A stretch of DNA of 63,851 nucleotides, the filler included, from Intoshia linei (taxonomy: Eukaryota; Animalia; Orthonectida), in NCBI GenBank assembly GCA_001642005.1. It is 8 parts of 8 records of this genome, joined end to end, with 100 filler letters (N's around TTAATTAATTAA, not from the genome) between each part and the next. Parts side by side here need not be neighbours in the genome. Positions count along the whole stretch, not along the records: positions 38,901 to 53,493 come from LWCA01000958.1; 7 more parts are not named here. One strand, 5' to 3'. Below are positions 38,901 through 51,601 of this stretch, piece by piece. The first letter of the stretch is position 1, and the number at the start of each line of letters is the position of its first letter. A program made the position numbers and the translations under genes. The notes under the pieces are model-generated. The model made no database searches. It saw nothing but the letters and a program-made list of their open reading frames with translations, and had not been told where the DNA came from.

Positions 38901-39358
38901 AGAAATAAAATTGATGCTTTGTATTTGAAAGAAATGGAGAGAATAAAAAATTATTGTATTAATAAATCAATCTTTATTATTATGGACGAAACTGATTTAA
39001 ATGGATATAAATACGTTAATACTATAATCGGAACATTAGAAAAACTTCAGAATGTAATATACTTATTTTTTATATACTGTTTTTTTAGATATAATACCTC
39101 AGTAACCTCTCACTTAAAATTGATGTATCCAAATATGTTTCACGTTAGAAACAAATTGAAAAAGAACGACATTACAAATATTATGATTAACGTTGATCAA
39201 TCGAAACCTCTAATTTTATACAGCTATTTACGGAATGCCCCATCAACCTAAATTGCAGTCGAAAGGAGCTTTAGCTTATTAAACCACCTACTAACAAAAC
39301 AAAGAAACTTTTTAAAAGATAATATTAAAAAATATTTCATTTTGTACTACAACAAATA
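38901..39358 (+). mobile_element. Decayed hAT-like transposase
   Basis: IFIIMDETDLNG.KYVNTIIG (first catalytic D region), LMYPNMFHV, and C-terminal APST*IAVERSFSLLNHLLTKQRNF (hAT dimerisation-type ERSFS) with an in-frame stop and internal deletions. Confidence 0.75.
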
Positions 39359-40006
39359 ATACACTGTTTTCTACATCTTTATTAAGACTTAAATTAGGGA
39401 TCGGAAACCTTTTGCACATAGTGGACCGCTTTTTTATTTTTTATAGATGTAATAGAAATAGTTGACTAACGGGGTACTAAATTTAAAAAAGGTTAAAAAA
39501 CCCTGAATTAGATATATACGGACATAGGACAACGCTGATTGTTCTACAACAGAACAATCTTATAATGGCAATACAATTATGTTTTAAAATTTATATAACG
39601 TTGCTACAACTGACAATCGATCACGCAATAAAAAATACAGTACTGTATTGGAACGAAATGAAAATTTTGTTATAAAAAAATTAGATTGGATTTTATAGAA
39701 CTCTTGATCCGTTTATTTACATGTTGATTGTTTGTAAAAGTTTAATTTTTGCATAGATATAAATCAATTATATGAAAAACAGAAATTAACAAAAAAATGA
39801 AAATTTATAAATTTTTAATTTTTCAAAAAAGTGCCAGTTTCTCACAACTTGTCCGTCTTTCTATTTTTTTTACATGGTAAAATGGTCCGCTTAATTTATC
39901 ACTACTGTAATGAAACTACAAAGTATAAGAAAACAAAAAAATAAATTAATATTAATAATAAGACATATTATCGTAACATGAACACAGACTTTATTGAAGC
40001 TTAGAA

Positions 40007-43000
40007 ATGTGCGATAAAATTAAAAATATTTGTTCAAAATACAATTTTAATATTGTGGACTACAATTCAACAGATTCATCCGACTTATCTGATTATGATA
40101 TTTTAGATTACGATATAAATCGGAATCATTTGAAAAATGTAGATGAAAAATCCCAAGTAATCATACAAGATGTAGAAAATGAAAAAATTGATAGGTTTTA
40201 TGATAATATATAATGACTAGGTTAAATGTTATGTACTACGTACAAACAGCATACTAGCTTTGATGAGGGTGGACATTTTTATTCTATCAGAAAAATAAAT
40301 TCAATATGAAAATTTAACTTAAAAATCCAGACTATTCGTTATTATCAATCTTTTAAAGGAGTTAATCATAAACGTGTTTTAAGTGGAACTGTCATATCAC
40401 ATTACTTTTTACTTTAAAGTGAATTATTCCATCTTAATTTTGTAGTTAACATTTATGTAAAGAATTTTAAAAACAATTATTATACTAGTTTTTAATTTAT
40501 TAGACAGAATTAGTGTAGAATATTAAAAATAAAGTAAAAACAGTCCAACCCTAAAAAGTGTCATAAATAGCATAAATTCCAAAAAAAATATAATTATATA
40601 AACCTATTTAGTCATTTTCAATGTGATAATTAGGGCGCACAATGTCATAAAAATAATGATTTTTTTTAATAATAAAAAAATGTTAGAAATGTAAGAGGGA
40701 ACTCTAATAAACACATTTAATGACATTTACGTGAAGGTGTTACTTATTCAGATTGAAATTTTTTGTGTATGTTAACAGGATACAACTATACCACCCGTAA
40801 TTTTTTTTAAATTCTAGGGTTGTTTTCATTTAAAAAAAGGTAATTTGTGGTTTTGGCTCTGAAGTTAATTTTTTTTAAATTCTCAAACTTGTTTGATTTT
40901 TGGAACATGTTTGGGATGTAAAATTTATTTTTTAATTAATAAAATTAAATTTTTTTATATATAAATTATAATGGACCATATCGTAAAATCTATGAAAACG
41001 TTTAGAAAATAAGATACATTTGCATATAATTTGTCGCCGAATGTATTAAGATTTTGATTAAGCCCATCGGGTTGACGATACTGCAATATTCAGTATTAAC
41101 TAGTAATTTGTTAGTAACTACACTTGAATTCACCTTTTTCTATATTGTGGATGGTCAAACCAGTTTGGAATCGCTACTGTAAAGGATTGGTAATAGTGAA
41201 TTGTATTATCTTTATGTAAGGTTATATTATTGAATTTATTTTTGGTAGAATTAAAAAAATGCGTTCTCGGCAGAGCTAGATTCTGTTTGTAAGAAGTACA
41301 TAATTAGTCAAGCTAGTGTAATTATATCCTTTTTTATATAAAGTAAAATGGTTAAAAATGTATGTCTATTTATTTATCCAGTTTATTTAATTAAGTAAAT
41401 GGAGTCGAGTTTTACAAATTCCATATTCTCATATCAGTTTTTCCAGAGTGATGTTTTCGATCATTTGGTAATGTAATGTGACGTTTAACGCCAAATAAGT
41501 TTGGGAACCACTCTTTTTCAGGATTGATAATATTTAATAATAGCATTTTTAAGTTATATTTTCTTATTTAATTTATTTTTTTGGTAGAATAAAAATGTAC
41601 CCTCGGCAGACCTAGATACTGTTTTTACATAGTACATAACAGTCAACTAGTAATTATATAAATGTTCTGTATTTATATTACAAAAAGTCTACATTTTTTG
41701 AACTTGTATTAATTATGGTTTTAGGAGTTTAGAATCTAAAATAATTGATGAAATGATCGGTGGTACAACCTTGAATACTATAAAAGATGAAGGTGTTGAT
41801 CCTAAATATGCAGTAGATAACATTTTACACGATATATGTGCTGTAATTACTTGATTCTTTTTCAATTTTATTTACTCAATTCTTCTTTCAGTTTTGCTTT
41901 CTAGAATCATAATGTCAATTTAGCTGGTGCCAGATTTAGAAAAGTTAAAGATTACTGTTGAACCAGATACAATTTTAGTTAAACTTGGAATTATTGAAAG
42001 TATTTTTGAAAAATGCGGTAAACTTATTTTTTGATTTATCATTTAACCCTTACGAAACTATGCTGATTCTCAAAATTGATAGCAAAAAATTTCACTTTTG
42101 AAATGTTAAAAAACACTAAAATTTAAAGCTCAAAATTCACAAATTTCAAATATTATTGATTTGTAAAGTGAACAACTTAAATTTGGCTAAGAATTAGCAA
42201 TAAAATATATTTAATTTATGACACGCAGTTACAATGACGTCGCGTCTATTGTATTTCAAATATAATTTATTTTATTGTTGACACAAAGTAAACATTGATA
42301 ATAAAATTAATTTTTACGCATATTACATGTTATTGTATGAGCAGTAATTTGTTGAAAATTTATATTGGTATTGCCTTATTATGGTTTGTATACAAACCAA
42401 AGTAAATTTATGAGTGTAGTTTTTGGCATCTATACCAACCAATGTGAATTTATGAGTGTAGTTTTTGCCATCTATACATGTAATTGTCTCGTAAGGGTTA
42501 GATTAATTTATTGACATTGTCAATTATTGTAACTTAACTTTTAAAATTTCGATTATCCATCGTTCAAAATATCACTTATTATGATATTATGATCAATATT
42601 TCTGCTGTGGCCTGGGTCTGACGGTTTACAACCATTTTGTTAAACTTTAATAACATCTTTTTACATCACATTTTACCGATCCCACAGTAAAAGATGGGGA
42701 AACGCTGATTTAAGTAAACTGATGTAAAATTTTGTAACATTTAAAAGTAAAAATGTATTAAATTTAAACGAAAATAGAGGATTATTATATATTTAAGCAC
42801 TTTGAATTTATTAATATATTAATATAGTTGTCATTGATTCTTTTGATACACTTGGTGCTCTGGATGTATTTTCGATTGTTTTCAATGCTTCTAGGGATCC
42901 GATTGGGAGAGTATTTATTTAATTATAATTGAATATTTATTTAAACTATTTTAGATTGTAGAAACATTTGGACCGGTAAAGAAGCCAAGATATATCGTGG

Positions 43001-43883
43001 AATTAAATAGTTCGTCTTCTGTTAACAAATCGGATATTTGTTTTTACTCGCCTAATCACAAAGAATGGACTAAAATAGTTGTTAATCCTCCAGTATCAAC
43101 GTAATTAATTATAATGTTTTTGAGAAACACTAATTTTTTTAAATAATGAACGCATCAGTCTTTATTTTTCTAAATATTTATTACAGCATTTTGCAATTTT
43201 ATCGTCAGGACAGTTTTTAATATTATTTAAAATTAATCAAATGGTCTAATTTGATTTTTTTAAATTGTTGATATTTTGTAGTTTTGACGCAAATTTATAT
43301 TTATGTTTTATATTTAAAAATGATTTTTTTGGATTCTATTGGGTTTATGTATAGTAAATGAGGCTGAACAAGAAATTTTTACTTTTATTTATTTGTTTTT
43401 AGTGAAATATCTTCGGATAGTGACGATGAAGTAGAAATAAAAGTTGATTTAAAAAAGCTACAACAGCGTAAACCAAATTTTTTAATACAAAAAGGCAATG
43501 ATGGTAGAAATATGATTATCCCTGGAAATTCTTACTGTACACCTTTTCAAAATGCACATATACCTCGTCGCCCATATCACCAAACTAATATATATCAAAA
43601 TATGCCTCGTGTACATTCAAATACCCCAAATTATGATCAAATGCATATAAACAGACCTCCTTATCAAAACCATCAGCAATATTCACATATGAATGCAAAC
43701 TATACGCAAATTAACCGAAATATTTATCCATATACACAGTATGCTGGTACACCTAGACCGGATAATAATCAACGATTTCGATTGTATCAGCCTAAATCCT
43801 ATGAAAATGTTAATGAATTTTATATAAATAGTCGATTTGCATACAATGAGAAGAATCCATATAATGGGTATCCTCAAAATTGA
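40007..43883 (+). CDS. NAF1: H/ACA ribonucleoprotein assembly factor NAF1 (Gar1/Naf1 domain)
   Basis: Exons LVPDLEKLKITVEPDTILVKLGIIESIFEKC (41924-42017), VVIDSFDTLGALDVFSIVFNASRDPIGR (~42829-42910) and IVETFGPVKKPRYIV...FYSPNHKEWTKIV (42955-43100), then acidic SSDSDDE and a P/Q/N/Y-rich tail to the stop at 43883. This fits NAF1 architecture. Confidence 0.88.
40217..40900 (-). mobile_element. Helitron-family copy in NAF1 intron 1, 5'-truncated
   Basis: CTAG at 40217-40220 with the terminal hairpin. Body matches 26580-27030 and 27320-27490. Confidence 0.72.
41327..41650 (+). mobile_element. Short Helitron (A|TC...hairpin-CTAG|T), directly downstream of another copy's 3' end (CTAG 41313-41316)
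   Basis: Starts ATCCTTTTTTATATA and ends CTGTTTTTACATAGTACATAACAGTCAACTAG|T. Confidence 0.72.
42047..42497. mobile_element. piggyBac-like non-autonomous element
   Basis: TTAA|CCCTTACGA ... TCGTAAGGG|TTAG, with an internal tandem duplication of AATTTATGAGTGTAGTTTTTG.CATCTATAC. Confidence 0.7.
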
Positions 43884-44113
43884 TGTATATTTTAATAAAT
43901 ATTTGCTATTTATTTGTAAATACAATTTGTTTGTTTTTAAGGTTCAAATTTTGTAATATTACAATGTATGAATTATAACAGTACAGGTATATATTTAGTA
44001 CAAATGTTAATATCTATAACTGGTTTTATGGTCGTTTCTTTTTTTTACTAAATAGACGACCGATATATTAATATGATCTGTGTATAAAAATTCAAATGAC
44101 AAATAATGTATAT

Positions 44114-44640
44114 CTAAGTCACCTCAATGATATGATAATGCCTAATTATGTTTGTGTTTAATTTTGATTCTGTATCAAATGTTATTTTATAAAACCCTGC
44201 ATTTTTCCGCGTCTTGAGCAGTATAAAAATTAAAAAACAATAATGTACAAAGAAATTTTTGTCCACATAATTTGTACATATACCAATACGTCGTCTGGAT
44301 AATACATCTCCAATGTCGGAAAATTTGTAAAATCCCATTGTCCAAGTTGAATAATAAACAATTTTAGTTTTTCAACAAAGGCACAAATTTTACCAGCAAA
44401 TGTATGACCAATACATTTTTGCCTTGTAAACTTTTGTTGAGAATATTTACGCTTCTGGTAATGTCCACCATAAATCCAAAGTCAAATAGCCACGTAGGAT
44501 CCTTCAATTCTGTTGTGTTCTTTTCTTTTTGCTCTAGGAACGTTATTATCGGCTGTAAAAGCTTAAAAAAGCGATCAATCATCCTTCCCATGCTTAACCA
44601 CCTAATTTAAATTACAGTAATTTCACATCTTACAAGTCAA
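44114..44640 (-). mobile_element. Decayed hAT (Charlie/GTF2IRD2-type) transposase
   Basis: IRWLSMGRMIDRFFKL...WLFDFGFMVDIT..N.LNKSLQGKN matches the RWLS...LAFLVDI...LN.LQGK signature; frame-broken. Confidence 0.82.
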
Positions 44641-45155
44641 AAACCCCAGTTTTCTTTCTTTTTGAAAATCAAATGAGTTGGAGAATTTAAAAAAATATAC
44701 ACTCTGATACAGATTTTAAAATCATAAGTATTATCATAAATTTAAACTTAAAAAATATATCTTCAGGCCAAAATCACAAATTACCCTTCTTTTTTTAATG
44801 AAAACAGCCCTCGAATTTCAAAAAATTTACAGGTGGTAGAGTTGTATCATGTTAACACACATAAAAAGTACAGTTGTATCCTGTTAACACACATAAAAAA
44901 TTTCAATCCGAATAAGTGACGCCTTCACGTCGTAAAAGCATTTTAGTATTCATATTTTTTTTCGTAAGTATTTTATTAAAACCAATAATGTGAAATAATT
45001 AATGGTCCGAAAATTAATAAAAAAGATTATTCTGATAGAGCTTATTCTAGTTGATATAAATACAAAATTTCAACCCCAGAAATCAACCATTCATGGTCAC
45101 AAATAATTTTTAATATATTTTTAACCATTATTTTTCAAATATTTCGATTAAAATA
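44640..45155 (+). mobile_element. Helitron-family internal fragment
   Basis: Reverse complement of the 17330-17820 body. Contains a local duplication of GTTGTATC.TGTTAACACACATAAAA. Confidence 0.7.
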
Positions 45156-45542
45156 ATTATGTGTCTGTAATCATTTATTGAGATAACTGACAGTCCAATA
45201 TATTTCAAAAACAAAAATACCAATTCTGTTTTTCTGATGCTGAAAGTAAGATAAATTTCAAACTCAAAAAATGGCGGCTTCATGACCAAAACATACTATA
45301 CCCTTGTTTTTAAATTGATAGTTAAAGATTTGAACCGTTTTTTGAAAAATAATTAATACTTGATCGCAGTTGATAGCGTATAAATTTGACATACAAATTG
45401 TATAATACAATGTTAATTACAAAATTTGTGAAATTTAGAATTGTCATGTCTATGTTGACATAATTACAAAAACATACATAATTGTCTTGATAATGTTAGT
45501 AAAACTTTATTGTATCTATTGAAAATAAAAAATTATTAAAAA

Positions 45543-48500
45543 ATGAATAACGACAAATTATATACCGAATTAACGGAAGTACCTGATTTTACACAAGAAA
45601 CTCAAGCATCGCAATACGTTTTTAATGATTTTACATTACCATCTCAAAGTGAATCGTCACAATTCGACTATTATCCTTACGTGCAATGCGATGAATCGAA
45701 ATTGGATAAAATGAAAAAGGAAGATGAAATATCATGCTCATATTGTGGAATAAAAGACGGAACTACTTTAGTCAAATGTGTAGGTTCCGGTAAATGGTTT
45801 TGCAATGGAAGAGGATCAACTTCGGCAAGTCACATAATATTCCACCTCGTAAGAAGTCACCACAAAGAAGTAATGTTACACGATGACGCTCCATCTGGCG
45901 TCAAACATTTGGAATGTTATAATTGTACATCTAAAAATGTATTCATGTTGGGTTTTGTTCCTGCTAGAGAAGAAACTGTGGTAGTTATATTATGTCGTCT
46001 TCCATGTGCTTCAAAATCTAGTTTTAAAGATTTAAAATGGGTTGCTTCGGAATGGCAGCCAATTATTAAGGACCGGCAATTCATCGATTGGATAGTGAGT
46101 AAACCGTCGGATGCTGATCAAACTTTGGTAGATAATGTTACAATAGCTCAAATTACGAAATTGGAGGAATTGTGGAAAGCTAAACCTGAAGCGTCTTTGG
46201 AGGATTTGGGAAAAAATGTCAATGATCAAATGCCGGATCGTGTTTTGGATTCATACATCGACCCATATCATTATAGAAGCATATACTGCCCTCTTATTCA
46301 ATTGGAAGCCGACTATGACAGAAAAATTAAAGAACAACAAACTCAGATTAATATTTCAATTCGTTGGGAAATTGGATTAAACAAGAGTAAAATTGCGTAC
46401 ATGACTTTATTGAAAACGGAAATTAAAATGGCTATTGGGGATGAAATTAAATTATCACTTGGAAATGACCAAAAGAAAGCTTGGAATGGTCAAGTTACAA
46501 AAATCCCAGATAATTCTAGTGACGAACTGGGTGCCGAATTTTCTGAAACAATGAATGTCCCAGTTCATCTCCATGATGGATTTTTGGTGGAATTTGTTTG
46601 GAAACCAACTTCCTTTGATCGAATGAAGCGAGGTTTAACATTTTTTTCTACTAGAGAAGGAATCGTTTCAAATTACATTTACCGTTGCATACTTGGACAA
46701 AAGGTCGAGGAGACTGTATTGAGGAATGTTAGCCTACCAAAAAGGTTTTCGGCTCCAGGACTACCAGAACTCAACCACTCTCAAATTTATGCCGTCAAAA
46801 CGGCTTTAATGCAGCCAATGAGTCTTATCCAGGGTCCGCCTGGTACAGGCAAAACTGTAACTTCGGCTACGATTGTCTATCATTTGGTTCAAAGAAAACA
46901 AGGACAAGTTTTAGTATGTGCTCCATCGAATATTGCCGTAGATCAATTGACAGGAAAAATTAGTGATACTAAAGTTAAAGTTGTTAGATTGTGTGCAAAG
47001 AGTAAGGAGGCCCAAGACTCGCCTGTTTCATTTTTGGCATTACATAATCAAGTTAGTACTCTATCTAAAAATAAAGAGTTTTTAAAATTACAACAGTTGA
47101 AGGACGAAGTTGGAGAATTATCTCAAGCCGACGAGCGAACATATCATGCTTTAAAATCGAAGGCTGAAAGGCAGTTGTTGCAAAATGCGGATGTTATTTG
47201 TTCAACATGTGTTGGATCAGGCGATCCACGGCTTGCTAAATTTAAGTTTCGTTATGTACTCATCGATGAGAGTACTCAGGCCACTGAACCGGAATGTATG
47301 ATTCCCATTGTAAATTATTGTAAGCAGTTGATTCTTGTTGGAGATCACAGACAATTGGGTCCAGTTGTCATGTGCAAAAAGGCTTCTAGAGCTGGGTTTA
47401 CAGTGTCATTATTCGAAAGACTTGTTTTTAGTGGATTTAGACCTTTATTGTTAAAAGTGCAATATAGAATGCATCCAACTTTAAGTGCATTTTCATCTGA
47501 TGCTTTTTATGAAGGATCTTTGCAGAACGGGATAACTGAGAGTGAAAGAACTATGGAAAAATACGATATACCATGGCCAAAAAAAAACAAACCTATGTTT
47601 TTTTGGTCTACTAGCGGTCAAGAAGAAATTTCTGCATCTGGAACATCATACCTCAATCGTACTGAAGCGGCAAATGTTGCTAAAATTTCGACACTTTTGA
47701 TGGAAGCAGGTGTCACGCCTAATCAAATTGGAATCATCACACCATATGAAGGTCAACGGTCGTATCTCGTCCAACATGTTCAATTTGGTGGAACTCTTAA
47801 TCCAAAACTTTATCAGGTTTTTTTAAATTATATTTTTTATATTGTACTAGGACATGGAAATTGCAAGTGTCGATGCATTTCAGGGAAGAGAAAAAGATTA
47901 CATAATATTATCATGTGTGCGATCGAACGAAAATCAAGGAATAGGTTTTTTGAACAATCCAAGACGTTTAAATGTTGCACTAACGAGAGCAAAGTAATTT
48001 TTGTAGTCTATTTTCATTTAATGATTACCATTATAGGTTTGGTTTGATTGTTATTGGAAATCCACGTGTGCTAGCTAAACAAAAAATATGGCACCGATTA
48101 TTGAGTCATTTCAAGGAACAATCTTTACTGGTTCAAGGTCCATTGTCAAACTTGCAACAAGCTATAATTAATCTCGGTCAAGTTCCACTTGAAAACACGT
48201 CATATAGTACATATGGGGGAATAAGAATGACTAATAATCAGCCTAAAGCCACAGTGCCTCAACAAAATGCAAACTCTCGAAATTGGCAAGGATATAATCC
48301 AATAAACGAAATTACACCCCAAAATATGTTTGAATTATCGGAAAGTCAACAGTCTATTGATTATTATTTGAGTAACACGTTGCGAAGTTATAACAATTAT
48401 GGTCTCTCTCAATCTTCATCTAAAAATAAAAGAAAGTACAGATTAAACCCATTAACTCAAGAAGATACTACTTTTTCTTTGAATGATAGTACTTTTAATA

Positions 48501-48571
48501 GTCAAACGGATCTCCTTAGTCGTGATTTATCTCAAATTAACCTTTCTCAAGAATTTGAATCTCAAAAGTAA
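45543..48571 (+). CDS. UPF1: Regulator of nonsense transcripts 1 (SF1 RNA helicase); exons 45543-47816, 47851-47993, 48037-48571
   Basis: CH domain CSYCG...KWFCNGRG...LECYNC, Walker [26 protein letters not shown], then [14 protein letters not shown] and [11 protein letters not shown] after removing 34- and 43-bp GT-AG introns. SQ-rich termini. AATAAA at 48652. Confidence 0.98.
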
Positions 48572-48684
48572 AAACTGATTTTGTAAAGATTTATCTGTAT
48601 GATTGTCTTCAATTGTAAGATTCTATGAAAAATGTATAATTTATTTTAATTAATAAAAGCAATTAAATTTTTTATTGTTTAAAT

Positions 48685-48877
48685 CAGGGGTTCCCACACT
48701 TTTTTCACGGCGGATTCATAATAAATTACCAAATTTATCGCGGTTCAATAAAGCGATATTATTAGGCATCTAGGCTAACATTAACAAAATTTTGATAAAA
48801 ACGTAATGAATTGATTTTTAATTAGTAAATTAGTTTTTTCAAAAATTTTATCGCGGACCGGTATTTTGGAAAAGCTG
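48685..48877. mobile_element. hAT/Charlie-type MITE
   Basis: CAGGGGTTCCCA...GGAAAAGCTG ends; TSD GTTTAAAT/GTCTAAAT. A related element lies at about 9489-9886. Confidence 0.72.
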
Positions 48878-49125
48878 GTCTAAATTACATTAAATATTTG
48901 TTTAACTTATCGGAAAGCCAAGTCAATTGATTACAGTGCACTGCAGTGGTACATATCGTTTTGTTAATCCACCAATAAAAAATGTACAATTTCAGAACGC
49001 CCGTCACCGTGGTAGGATTTGTTTTTTCGAATGTTTAATTTGATAAATTTGAAGTGACATGGGTTTACTTACAACTTTGTAAACTTTACACAGCTATATT
49101 TTAAATCTTAAAATATAAACATGTA

Positions 49126-49488
49126 TTACAATAACTGACTCACATAATATTGAAGTATATGAGAATTTATACAATAGTAGCAAATACAAGGTTTGTAAGG
49201 GAGGATTGTATTCTTTTTAATTTTAGTATTGTCGTTTTTTTGATAAAATTTATTAATGTATTTTGCTTTTTCAATGTTTGTTAAAACATTTTTTTCTTTG
49301 TAATATATTGAATCCATCAAGTTATTAAATTTTTGATATTTAACTAATTTTTTTTGTTTTTTAGTCATTTTTTTTGATTTTGAACATAGGTCCATAATGT
49401 TTTTCGCTTTATGTGAATTATTTTGTTTAGATGGTTGGTTTTGTTCATTTAATTGTTTGTATTTTGTTTTGGTATTTTCTGTTTTCAT
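49126..49488 (-). CDS. Hypothetical basic K/N-rich protein with a C-terminal CxCxxC motif
   Basis: 120-codon ATG-initiated ORF with AAA upstream of the ATG and purine-rich coding-like composition. No family recognised. Confidence 0.45.
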   Translation of the reverse strand: MKTENTKTKYKQLNEQNQPSKQNNSHKAKNIMDLCSKSKKMTKKQKKLVKYQKFNNLMDSIYYKEKNVLTNIEKAKYINKFYQKNDNTKIKKNTILPYKPCICYYCINSHILQYYVSQLL

Positions 49489-50697
49489 TTTATTTATAAA
49501 CTTGCTTTGCTTTCTCCTAAATTATTTAATTATGTTACTACATTACTCGTTAGAATGCACATACTAAATATTAAATATAAAGCACCCTTTTAATGTTAAA
49601 GTGGTTTAGTAAAAATGAGTCACAATTTGTGTGATATAGCTTTCATTATTGATTTAATTTTCTAGTTTTTATTCGATTTAAAAATATCAAAAATAATAAA
49701 TTCAATAAAAACTACTGTTTTTTAATTTTTATCAAAATTTACGATGACCATCAGTGTAGAGGTAGATCCACTGCTAGGATACAATATAAATTGTAAAATA
49801 TGAAAAATATTTTGTCAAATATTGAACTCTTGTATAAAAAAATGTTAATCTATCTTAAACCGTTTAAAGTTTAAAAAAAAATTCGAAAACAGTATATGCA
49901 CTTCACACGGGTATGTGATATGCATACGTATGCACGATTTTATTATTAAAATGATATCGCTTGAAAGAAAAGGTTTAGGGTTCTGAATTAAATAACACGA
50001 CAAACATGCAACAAAAATGTTACCCTCCCATTTCGATTCCATTATCATGTCTTCACTATAATTCATTTTAAAATGTAATTAAATTACATAAAGTGAATTG
50101 TGTCTTATATAAACACAAAATGACCGATTTTTGAGCTAGTTCATATTAAACTGTAATGTTAACATATATGAATAATGATAATAAAAGTATATTAAAACCT
50201 TTCAAACCATCCCTCAAATTCATGTATTATAATAATTAATCATCTCCAGAGTTTGGACTCCACAAACAGTGTTTCTTAACATTTTTTACTTTACGGCGCA
50301 ACTATGAAATAAATATAAATTTGGCGCATCTTAAAGATTGATATTCGAAAATGTGAAAATAATACAAAAATACTTTTTATTTGGTGATTTAAATTTATTA
50401 AATTAATTTATTCCATTAAATATATAATATATGATGAAATATCGATAGTTTTGGTTTTCACAATATTATATTAAATAGTAAATCTAAAATGTTCATCAAA
50501 GAATTGTCAATGTAAAAGTTTAACACTAATTTTTAAAAATTTATCAAATAAAGTCAGATTTCTAGATGGCACATCTGAACTCTACGTATGGCGCACAAGT
50601 GCGCACATCCCACCGATTAATAACCGCTGTTCCAGACTGATGATTTCTTACATATACATATTACTTATATATTATTATATATTATATTACTTATATA

Positions 50698-51136
50698 TAC
50701 TATGTATAGTAAAACTGTTAAAAATGTGTGTCTATCGGTAACCATTTATTTGGTTTAATTAAAAGTCACAAATTTTTAAAAAAAAAGATTTTAAGTCAGT
50801 GTTTCAATTTTTTGCGGTGTAAAAATTAATAATTAAGTTTGACTCTCTAAAAGTTGCATCTTCGCAGTTAAAAATCCCAATTTCTCCTTTTTTAAAAATA
50901 AAAAACCTTAGTCCTTACCAGAAATTGGAATTAATTGATTGCAACCAATTGCAATTAATTGGTAAAAATTATTGAAAAATGAAAAAATATTTTCCAATAA
51001 ATTGCTTTATAAAAAATAAAAAATTTCAATTAATTGAAGATTAATAACAATATCATAATCATTTTTAAAAAACTGTCATGTGATTATAATGAATACTAAG
51101 ATGCTGTTTGTTCGAAGTACATAAAAGTCAAGCTAG
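50698..51136 (+). mobile_element. Diverged Helitron copy
   Basis: Ends CTGTTTGTTCGAAGTACATAAAAGTCAAGCTAG|T. The 5' part resembles 41340-41390. Confidence 0.6.
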
Positions 51137-51601
51137 TAAGTTAAATACATAATTTTTCTGTTCATTAATTAATTTTTCATCCAACCATTCGTCAATAAAA
51201 GGATTCAATTTATATTTTTTCAGTTATATGAAAAAAAGCAATTAAAAGTAAATTATATTTTCATTTTTCAATTAATTGCAATTATTTTATATAAATCAAT
51301 TAATTGAAAAATTAATATTTAGCAAACAATTAATAGTTTATACAAAATAATTGATTGCAATCAATTATTTCCCATCCCTGGTCACTACATTTAAAAAAAT
51401 ATCGTAGCTAAAAGCTTTACCAGTTAACAGCTAGAAGAAATTCAATCTCTGCATTACTTTACTGTCAAAAACCCTTAATTTATTTTATTTCCAAATTGTT
51501 TCTTATAAAAAGTAAAATAAACAATAATCATTGAAAATTGTTTATTATAAATTAATATATAAAATTTTATTATAATTTAATTTGTTTTTATTTAATATAG
51601 T

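Noticed and set aside
47817-48047. Apparent UPF1 frameshift or split ORF
   Set aside because: Fully explained by two short GT-AG introns.
49845-50066. 73-aa ORF as an exon of a multi-exon gene
   Set aside because: Neighbouring candidate exons had stops in all frames, so I could not build a consistent model.
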